Below the pieces are notes generated by a model that was not told the DNA's origin, ran no database searches, and was given only the letters and a program-made list of their open reading frames with translations. A stretch of DNA of 64,000 bases from Azolla caroliniana. Its lineage: Eukaryota; Plantae; Polypodiophyta. The first letter of the stretch is position 1; the number at the start of each line of letters is the position of its first letter. Location of the stretch: the NCBI GenBank assembly GCA_043228905.1, contig JBHGNT010000007.1, forward strand, positions 18,538,001-18,602,000, read 5' to 3'. A program made the translations under genes and the position numbers. Positions 54,640-64,000 of this stretch are shown here, piece after piece.

Positions 54640-56890
54640 ATTCATTTTGCAAGGAGATAACTCTGGGGTCCTTCCTTTTGAAAGTGTTTGGATTGTGTGT
54701 GTTTTGTAAAGGAGAGTTAGACCATATGTCGGAAAGCTTTGATCCCATAGCGGTGAAAAGGGGATGTTTGTTGGAGTTGAGCGGAAAAGAGATTATGTGT
54801 GAGCATGGACGTACATTTCCGAGAGTCGGAGCCGTAATTATAATTGCGAGGTAACTTCACCCTTTGGTAACTCAATTGAGATTGAAAATATGCGGGAAGA
54901 AGGAGATAGTGGTGAGAGGTTGCCGAAAATAGGATCAATTCTTTTGTTGATCGATCCCTACACCAACTGAGAACACAAGTGAGTGAAGAAGAAGGAAAAT
55001 AAGAAGAGCCAACTTGTATGTGTTGGGACTCGAGCTTAGGGGGAGCTAAAGGTACATATATACCAAGAGGACTCGGTAGAATGAATGAAATACGAACGCG
55101 TCTGTAGTGCCACTTGTGCCATCAAAGTCCCATGTCCTGACTTGCCTCGACTTTTGAAATACATATAGAACTCTCGAATCCAAGAAACACAGGTGATATG
55201 ATTTCCTCTCCTTCTCCTATAATCGTTAGTAGGACCCCTCACAGTAATGCAAGAGTCCCTCCTGATCGTTATGGTTTTCCTCATGTCTAAGTTTATCTCT
55301 TATTCTAACATATCACCTACACATAGGGCCATAGGGCCGTCATTGCATCAATAGACTCTCTCACTTTACCTAAATGTTGGCAAGTTGCTAAAGAAGATAC
55401 AAAGTGGAAAGAGGATATGCAAGAAGAACTTGAAGCTCTTGAGAAGAACAAAACATGGGAGATTTTGTCACTACCACCAAGAAAGAAGGCGGTTTGGTGC
55501 CAATGGGTGTTTACAGTAAAACAAACCCATGGGGCAAAATAAATCGTTACAAGACATGATTAGTGGGTAAGGGATATAGTCAGACATATGACATTGATTA
55601 CGATGAGACTTTTGCACTTGTGGCGAAGATGAGCATCGTTAGGATGCTTATTTCCTATGAACAAGGATTAGAAATTACATCAATTAGATGTAAAAAATGC
55701 ATTCCTTCATGGAGAATTGATGGAGGAAGTGTACATGGATATCCCATTAGGTTTTGGTACAAGTCAAACAGTAGGCAAGGTTTCTAGACTAAGGAAGTCG
55801 CTTTATGGACTGAAGTAGTCTCCTCAAGCCTAGTTCGACAAGTTAAGAAGGGCTATAGTGGGTATGGGATACCAACAAATCAATGTCAACCATACAATGT
55901 TTTTCTAACAACACAAGGAGCATACTACATTACTTGTTGTGTATGTGAATGATATAATTATCACCGGTGAAGGAGAGATTTCCCAACTAAAGGTGCAATT
56001 GGGTAAAGAGTTTGAGGTGAAGAAACTAGACTTGCTACAATATTTTATGATTGAGGTAGCTTGTGGAGCAAAAGGAGTTGTTCTATCTCAACAAAAATAT
56101 GTATTAGATCTTCTCACATAAACTGGAATATTGGGTTGTAGGCTTGTAGTTTCTCCAATTGACCCAAAGATCAAGTTAATTGAACTTGTAAGAGAGAAAA
56201 TTGATAGTGAAAGGTATAAGATATTGGTAGGTCACCTAATTTATCTAACTCACAGTCGTCCATATGTTTCATTTGTAGTAAGTGTGGTAAGTCGTTACAT
56301 GCATGATCCAAGGAAAGATCATATGGATGCAATGTACCAGATTCTGAGATATCTCAAAGGTGCACCAGGGAAGGGATTGATCATTAGAAAACATGGTCAT
56401 TTCAACATTGATGTCTATTGTGATTCTTATTGGGCTAGTTGTGTTAATAATAGGAAATCCACATCAGGATATTGCATGTTTGTTGGGTGCAATCTGGTCT
56501 CTTGGAAGAGTAAGAAACAATCGGTAGTAGTAAGGTCAACAATAGAAGCAGAGTATAGAGCTATTGTTGTAGGAGTTTGTGAAGATGTTGTGGTTGAGAA
56601 CTTTCCTAATAAAACGAAGGTTGTGTTGTGACAATAAGTCATCAATAAGCATTGCAAATAATCCAATGCAGCATGATAGGACTAAAGACATCGAATCGAT
56701 GGATTCTTTATCAAGGAGAAGGTTGATAATGGAATATTAAAATTGAGCCATGTTTCTACTGAAGATCAAGTAGCAGATTGTCTTACAAAGGGACTTGGGA
56801 CAATAAGTCTTTCTAGAGTGTGTGACAAGATGGTGTTAGTGGATATCTTTCGCCCATCGTGAGGAGGTGTTGATGGGTGGGGGGTTGAGC

Positions 56891-56939
<49 letters not shown>

Positions 56940-57465
56940 ACACACACACACACACACACGCAATTTTGAGAGGCAACTTCTTCTATATTCATGTCCCCTG
57001 TGGTGGGGTTATATAGGTACATTACATGAGGATCACAATCTAAGAACATCCAATGAGCTTTGTAAGTTAGTTACATAACCTTCTAACAACTTAGACCCAT
57101 TTTACAACATTGCACACATTCACATAAATTTGCATGTGTTTGCACATATCAATATACTCACTCACTTCTGTGCAGACTTGCACACACTTACAACATGACT
57201 TTTAACACAAGACTTATCACTTATCTATTCACGTACCATTACTTATACACTCATACACATACAATCCCACGGATAACAGGGGGGGTATTGAGTTGTAGCC
57301 CAATGGTTGGCCAACCCCAACAACTAGTTAGCCCAACCACCATATTTTGGGCTTTATAAGGAGGAATCTTCTCCTCCTTATGTTATATAAGTGATCTTTG
57401 TCTTTTCTCTCTCCAATTGTAACATATATGTATACTCTTGAGAATAAGTGAACGGAGAATGTTCA
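54640..57465 (+). mobile_element. 5'-truncated, decayed Ty1/copia (integrase C-terminus, RT, RNase H, PPT, 3' LTR remnant from ~57286)
   Basis: PPDRYGF linker, [61 protein letters not shown]. Many stops. Confidence 0.88.
56868..57278. mobile_element. Putative solo LTR inserted into the copia polypurine tract
   Basis: TGTT...AACA termini flanked by GGAGG / GGGGG (near-TSD). Contains (GA)n(CA)n. Confidence 0.6.
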
Positions 57466-57479
57466 TTTTGCAATTAAAT

Positions 57480-58386
57480 TTGGGAAAATCTTATGATCAT
57501 GTTGATTACTTTAAGCAGTTGATTAGATTTGGAGAAAGCTACAATAATTGCAATATGTGTTCATTACTTTAAAGAGTTGATTGGCCCACGATTGTTAATG
57601 ACAAATGAGGTAAGTAGAACAAGCTATGAATTTTATGATGTGGTTGGATGCATTGTATACGACCTCATTAGTGATGAATTGGATCTGGATTTCAAAGAGG
57701 ATGAGGTGGACATGGTTTTAAGGCATCTTCCTTGTGGTAAGTGCCCTGGTTGGGGTGGTTTGACAAATGAAGTTTTTAAGCAATATTCAAACATTTTAAA
57801 GGGGCCCCTAACTTTGATGTTTCAACGTCGTTGGGATTTTGGTTGTATGCCTCAAGCTTGGTATGTTAGTCTCATTAAATTGGTTCCGAATGTGGCATTT
57901 CCTGACATATTTACAAAGATCTTGACAAATAGATTATAAACGTATTTGCCAAAGTTGATACATCCCACCCAATATGGTTTTATTGCAGGCGAGAATATAT
58001 AATGTGTTGAATGATCAAATGACTATGAATTATGCATGACACACTCACCAAGAATCGATTATGGTGCAATTAGGATCGAAGAAAGCTTGTGATCATGTTG
58101 TTGAGAATCAAACCCAACTTCCCTAGTGTGGGAACACACCTTAGGCAATGCCAAGTGTGTGAACATCCCACGTCTTTGTATCATAACTAATGTGTCATAG
58201 AAGTTAAGTCCTATGACACATAATTACTAAGTAGTTAAGTCTCCACCTCCTTCCCAAAAGATAGTTGTCGTGAGAGAACATATATGAGAGAAGGTGACTA
58301 CATAAGCACCTTCTCCACTTCTTTGTAGTTGTTGGTTGTTTTTCTCTTGTTAATACAATTTTATTGTTTTTCTATATACAATGTGT

Positions 58387-58426
<40 letters not shown>

Positions 58427-58790
58427 AAACATCTCTTCCGCTGCACAAAATCACACCCGATTCCTTACACATGTTAATTGGACCTTTGTTTCTGGGTTAA
58501 TGCATAAAATGGGCTTTGGACCACGTATGTCTCGTCTCATGTTTTCATTAGGATAAGATGCGGTATCTCGAGTAATGCTTAATGGGGGAATTACATCATA
58601 TATTTCTCTCACGAGATCTGTTCCTTAAGGATGTCCACTTAGCCCTTTGTTGTTTGCTATTGTTACTCATCCCTTGTTAGTGATGTTATCAAGGCTCGCA
58701 ACGAATGGCGACATTATGGGTCTATGCCTTCCATTTGGTTTGTTAGATGATTCTTTCATGTTTCTATAAACCTCATGAGAGAGTCTTGAG
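57480..58790 (+). mobile_element. Decayed LINE (L1-like) reverse-transcriptase fragment
   Basis: KCPGWGGLTNEVFK, IKLVP, KILTNRL, LIHPTQYGFIAG, DHVNWTF..LMHKMGFG and SVP*GCPLSPLLF are non-LTR RT motifs, here with stops. Confidence 0.85.
58099..58469. mobile_element. Solo LTR (371 bp) inserted in the LINE RT
   Basis: TG...CA termini with perfect TSD CATGT (58094-98 / 58470-74). Removing it rejoins KACDHV|NWTF. Confidence 0.8.
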
Positions 58791-59345
58791 AAGGGGATAC
58801 TTGTATAGAACCAAATTGCATGTAGTGTTGTGGTAGGCACATAATTTATTGTTTATAAAAGTTTTAACTTTTAGGTCACAACCTAGATTTCTTAGAAGAT
58901 CAAGACCAATGATATGTCGATGATTCCATGGACGAAGATGTTAAAAAGAAAGTTTGTCTCAATTGAATTGCATGGGTTTGTATCCATGGAAGTAGTAGTA
59001 TTCATTGTTCAAAGTACCATATTGTCATAAACCTAGCAAATAAGTGAAGGGTAATGTTAAGGAGAAGGTGATGCATATATATAAATGGTGTATTGTCAAT
59101 AATCACCTATTCCAATCTGACCTTGAGCCACCATTCAACATGATTTTGCGTCATTTCTTATGTAATTACTAGAGACATGAGGAATGGAAGTGCTTACTAA
59201 TCCAACTATAATTAACGATTGTAAATAATGTAGATTCATTATCTCAACTTTCAAGAGAGGACACATTACACACATCCATAGCAAAACAAAAAATGTAAAA
59301 AAGCTTTTTAGACTAAAGCCTTGAGAAGTGCAAGGTATGGAAGGC

Positions 59346-59758
59346 AGCAATGGGCACAACTCGGTTTCTTGCCCTTAAAACCAAACCATTTATTCATAAT
59401 AAAAACCGAACTAAATTGTTTAAAAAATTTGAAGCCATTTACACTGAATCGTTTAGAACTGAACAATTTAAATCGAACCACTTAAAAGATAGGAGACACC
59501 AAACCATTCACGAAAAATTTAGAACCAAATCAAACCAAACTGTTTTTGACATAATCCAACCAAAACAGAACTATAGATTAAACCAAACCACAGACTAAAT
59601 AGAACATCATAATAAACATAAATTTACACCACATTTTTTTGAAAATTACTAATTTTTCTAGAACGATAAGATATAACATAAATAAATAAATAAATAAATA
59701 AAGTTAAGCCACGGTTTAACGGTTCGATTTGGTTAGAGCCGAAACCATGCCCATCGCT
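59346..59758. mobile_element. MITE-like non-autonomous element with internal AACC(G/A)AAC repeats
   Basis: Inverted ends agcaatgggca / tgcccatcgct, many aaccgaa/aaaccaaa motifs inside, and ggtt motifs near the 3' end. Confidence 0.55.
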
Positions 59759-60094
59759 AACATTGGAAGGTGCATGATGCACTATGCATCCAAATAGTGA
59801 CTTCCTATCTAAATTTATCCCACACTCAGATGTCTTAAACTAAATCAACCTTATATATTAGGGAGGAACAAAATCACTAATAATTAGAAATGAAGAGATT
59901 GGTGCATGGTTGCTTAGCCTGGCTACAAGTATTAACTTGATTGCATGTGAAGACATGTTGCACCCATTTTAGAGCTTATTATGGCAACCCCATAATCTTC
60001 TCTTTATGCATGGAGAAGATTGGACTACTACTAGAGCTTAGTATGGCAATTCCATAACCTCTCTCTATGCATGGAGAAGATTGGACAATTACTA

Positions 60095-60242
60095 ATTGTG
60101 TATGTAATGGAGATGGAGATCACTATGAGTGATCAAAAGCCTCTCAATTTCGGAACCTCACAAGTAAATTGTGTATGTAATGGAGATGGAGATCACTATG
60201 AGTGATCAAAAACCTCTCAATTTCGGAACCTCACAAGTAAAT
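60095..60242. repeat. ~72-bp direct tandem duplication
   Basis: aattgtgtatgtaatggagatggagatcactatgagtgatcaaaa...cacaagta occurs twice. Confidence 0.9.
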
Positions 60243-60367
60243 TTTGTCATCTCTGCTTAGTCGGGTTGCATAATGAAACATTTAGCATGTCCGACAATAT
60301 CAAAGCTCGATTCCTTGAAGTAAGGTCACGATCGAAACTACTAGTGGAATCATGTTGCAACCATTAA

Positions 60368-60709
60368 ACTTGGTATTACCAAGTGAAAATCAGAAGAAAA
60401 ACGTGATCAATGCTAGTATTAGACACATGTATGGAGCAAATCGATATATAATGTGAGAATTTGGCACCATACAATGAATTTACTTGGTATTACCAAGTGA
60501 AAATCAGAAGAAAAACGTGATCAATGCTAGTATTAGACACATGTATGGATCAAATCGATATATAATGTGAGAATTTGGCACCATAAAATGAATTTACTTG
60601 GTATTACCAAGTGAAAATCAGAAGAAAAACGTGATCAATGCTAGTATTAGACACATGTATGGATCAAATTGATATATAATGTGAGAATTTGGCACCATAC
60701 AATGAATTT
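60368..60709. repeat. 114-bp tandem repeat x3, each unit starting with the palindrome ACTTGGTA-T-TACCAAGT
   Basis: Units start at 60368, 60482 and 60596 and are near-identical. Confidence 0.95.
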
Positions 60710-60795
60710 TGAGTAGTATTTGTAACGATTAGTTCTACTTGGCTTGCTTGCATGCATCAGGAAACAATGGCGTTCTATTGATGGCATTTAACTTA

Positions 60796-60838
60796 TCCCC
60801 CACATTCAACAATTGTAAATTTGATAAACCCTATAAAA
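60796..60838 (+). promoter_or_regulatory. Degenerate third USE + TATA promoter without the small-RNA body
   Basis: cCCCACAT at 60798 and TATAAA at 60832 (34-nt offset). The flanking sequence is homologous to the copy-1 locus. Confidence 0.55.
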
Positions 60839-60941
60839 TACTGTAACTATTGCCTAATTGTGCATGCGGATTTATCATCTACTTCTCCTCCTCTAATTTA
60901 AGTACCTTCTTCTGCCACAAAAAAAAAAATCGCATATAATT

Positions 60942-61125
60942 CCACTTGTTAAAGAAACATTCTGATTTCTTTCTTCTGGATGAAAAACAATCAGACAACA
61001 ATGCACTTGTTAAAGAATCATTCTGATTTCTTTCTTCAGGAAGAAAAACAATCAGAGAATAATGCACTAGTTAAAGAATCATTCTGATTTTGTCTTCAGG
61101 AAGAAAAACAATCAGAGAATAATGC
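60942..61125. repeat. ~61-bp tandem repeat x3 downstream of U6 (single copy at ~52981-53035 in the paralogous locus)
   Basis: cacttgttaaagaa.cattctgattt....gaagaaaaacaatcaga is repeated. Each unit has a tctgatt/aatcaga inverted pair. Confidence 0.85.
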
Positions 61126-61242
61126 ATGTATGTGATTATCATTTCTTGGCCCTTCCAATTTCCGCCGCTGTTATATCATTTCGTCAAGAATCTCATTCCA
61201 CAGTGACCTAATAAAACCAGCGATTGATGACTAGGGAGGAAA

Positions 61243-61292
61243 AAAATTTGGACCATTTCTCGATTTGTGCGTGTCATCCTTGCGCAGGGGCC

Positions 61293-61324
<32 letters not shown>

Positions 61325-61344
61325 TCAGATGTCCCCGAAGGGAC
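61243..61344 (-). ncRNA. U6: U6 spliceosomal snRNA (second copy)
   Basis: Sequence is identical to the 53103-53204 copy, with a T7 terminator. Confidence 0.99.
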
Positions 61345-61368
61345 GAAGCCATAGCCATTCTCTGCAGC

Positions 61369-61412
61369 TATATATATACTTACATATCTTATGGGCCTTT
61401 GTATGTGGGACT
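61369..61412 (-). promoter_or_regulatory. U6 promoter: USE (AGTCCCACATAC) and TATA
   Basis: USE at 61410-61403 (-66), (TA)5 box at 61369-78. Confidence 0.9.
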
Positions 61413-62979
61413 TATAATAGAACAAATCACACACCCTCCATGGAGCGTGCGTGTGTCTAGTCATTCATTCAGTCATAGGTTCTTTAAGGCCCTTTGATTC
61501 TTCTTGTAACTTCTCTCTCGTATATGCCAGGTGTAATTTGTGGTTCATCAGCATGGTGTGCTTAGGGGGACATAATATGCATAATCTTTGCTTATGAACT
61601 CGACAAACATGATGATCCCATCCATCCAAAGATGTAGAGATTACGATCACGCAAATGTGAGTTTATCATCATTCAATTGATCACGGAGTGATGCTCTCAA
61701 TATATTTGAGAAATTGCATGAAAATCATAAATAATGATTGTTCTTCACTTATGAAGATAATGGTGGTACAATACTGTAATCAAGGTTCAATAGAGTATGT
61801 TTCTTAAAACGAAGCAAGAACCTATATCGAATTGTGGGCTACATTTGAATGATTGTGCAAGAACCTATCACCTATAATGAAGATAGGAACAATCAAATTC
61901 TTCACAAAATGATCATCAATCAGTTGGATTCAATGTCTAAAGAGAGGAAACATTACAAAAGAGGATTGTAAAGCACCTTCACTCTATATTCAAAAACAAG
62001 TAATAATCAATAACCACCATCACATGGGAAATCTATTAATGTGCATCAATTAAGATTTACTAGTGATCAATTGTTTCTCATCACATCTCTAATTATGCTT
62101 AAGGGGTTGTCTCATATCGTAGACAAATGAGATCAACAATACATCCATTGACTCAAGAAGGGAATTTAAAACCAAAGCCAAATTTGAACAAATCGTAACC
62201 ATTACCATTAAAACAACAATGGTCTCAAAGCAAAGAATTTGTATCAAGCCTCAACACACCAATCACTTTCGACCACCTCAAGCATCACCAACATTGACCA
62301 CACACAACTGATTTCCAAACCAAAAAGCAATGTTTTGAAGTGAAACTAGCACATGTAAGGGTGGAAGTCACTCTAGTGTGCCTTGTGCTAATGCAAGTTA
62401 CAATATTCACTTGGATCAATACTTAAGATTTTCAAGAAGGTTCTTTAGATACAATAAAATATGCCTCATATTGAAATGTGGAAAGCAATCATAATTTTGC
62501 ATTAACAAGGTCTTGTGAGCTACCTTCAAGCTTTGTTATTGCTTGAAGAGAGATTGAGAATATCTATATTTGAACTAACACGCATTTAGTGCAAAACTCA
62601 TAATCGAGATTGGTACAAAATCAAGACGACCCAATCTTCTTGGATTGTTTGATTAATCTATTCAACAACATTGTTTTTTATTTGTATGTATTGTGAGGTT
62701 CTTAGTTGTTAGGAGCATAATTGTAACCCTTCTTCTTCATGGAATTCAAGGTTCTTAGCCTTGTTTTATTTTCGAAAAATTACCACCATTGTAATCGTTT
62801 ACCAAAAGTTCTTGTATACCCTACTTTATAAAAGGAACTTTGTTCTTAAACCGACGTTTTTAGCCTATAAAGTGGATAATCTTGACTTAATATTGTAAAA
62901 TCCATTTGTAATATCATTGTCGGCTAATTACGTGTTTCAATCTTAATCTCGCACATAATTCGTTGTTCGGTTCATCCCT

Positions 62980-63345
62980 ACCTTTGACTATGAGGAGCCT
63001 TTGACTTTGAGGAGTCTTCAACTTTGAAGAGCTTTCGATTCTAACTTACCTTCCACTTTAGGTTACGTTTGACTTTGAGGAATGTTCAACTCTGACCAAT
63101 GATCAACTCTAAGGAACCTTCGACTTTGAGGAGCCTTCGAGTTTGCAAAGCATTCAAATATGAGGAACATCTGACTCTAGAGAGCCTTTGACTCGAAGGA
63201 TTTGTCGACTTTGATGACCCTTCGAGTTTAACGACCTTTTGACTCCTAGGAGCTTTCGACTTTGACCTACCTTGGAACCTAACGACCTTTTGACTCCTAG
63301 AAGCTTTTGACATTTACAATCTTTTGATTCCTAGGAGCTTTCGAG
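62980..63345. repeat. Degenerate ~18-21-bp tandem array (tttgactttgaggagcct-like)
   Basis: Recurrent ttgact/ttcgact...gaggag motifs, probably a TE-internal minisatellite. Confidence 0.7.
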
Positions 63346-64000
63346 TCACCCATCCTCTTTGGTTCAAGTCTTTGGTGGTCCCTCTCAAGTATCACACATA
63401 TGTGTGCAACTTCGTGACATTGGGGGTCTTGGATCTATCTCTCACCTTCACTAGGGAGTGCTTGGATGGAATGTGACCTTTCCTTCCTTATTTCCCTTCT
63501 TAATTTTGCTTAATGTTAATTTAGATTCTAACACTATCTCTTGGCAGATTCATCATTCTTCACAAATGATATGAAGCTTGTTGGATTTTAATTCCTTGCC
63601 AATGCATGTTCAAGAGAGCTCTCAACTTCATTTCTTTCTCCAATAACACGAACCACACCCTGAAATTCTCCAATTTCTTGTCTACCATCTTCATGGGGTA
63701 CACTCAAACCATCTCAATGACATCATTAATCACAAAAGAAATAGATCCCTCCTAATGCAATGTTGAGATTTTTTTAAATCAAAGCATTGTGGCAACCCCA
63801 TCCTTGTTTTCGAGACATATGATCAAGCAAATAAATGTTGTTGTATTGTTTGATATAGTATAGTCCCCACAACTACCCTTAAATGTGGAGCATGGTCTTG
63901 GCCTATTTTTATGAGTTTCAACCATGTATTATGACTTGACTTAATGTAAGTAAATCTTAATCTTTGAGACGTGCAAAATAATCACTATTAGACACAATCT

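Noticed and set aside
60368-60709. CRISPR-like array (palindromic repeat at regular spacing)
   Set aside because: The 'spacers' are near-identical to each other, the context is eukaryotic and there are no cas genes. It is an ordinary tandem repeat.
53108-61464. ORFs containing [22 protein letters not shown] (53108, 61224) and 61231-61464
   Set aside because: They are translations across the U6 snRNA genes.
63400-64000. Possible degraded LINE endonuclease region on the minus strand
   Set aside because: Only a vague resemblance, with no continuous diagnostic motif.

Overview
AT-rich eukaryotic land-plant nuclear DNA. The microsatellite-rich style suggests a fern or other non-seed plant, but that is inference. 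Three intact spliced genes can be reconstructed with canonical GT-AG introns: a DUF248/PMT26-27-like SAM methyltransferase (+, 8 coding exons, 751 aa), a prolyl oligopeptidase (-, 12 exons, 731 aa) and a mitochondrial-type SSB (-, 5 exons, 214 aa). A transposon island at about 26.3-43.9 kb holds a chromodomain Ty3/gypsy element whose 5' LTR is split by a Ty1/copia, which itself carries a solo LTR. A second full-length copia follows. Degraded copia and LINE remnants with further solo LTRs lie at 46-47 kb and 54.6-58.8 kb. The right end (52-62 kb) is an old tandem duplication with two U6 snRNA genes. The most interesting signal is an unidentified ~95-nt small RNA gene in two copies (52733, 54481) plus a third promoter-only remnant. 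It has a U6-type USE/TATA Pol III promoter, a terminal box C/D K-turn with a pairing-preserving substitution, internal hairpins and an oligo-T terminator, and copy 1 lies tail-to-tail with U6.
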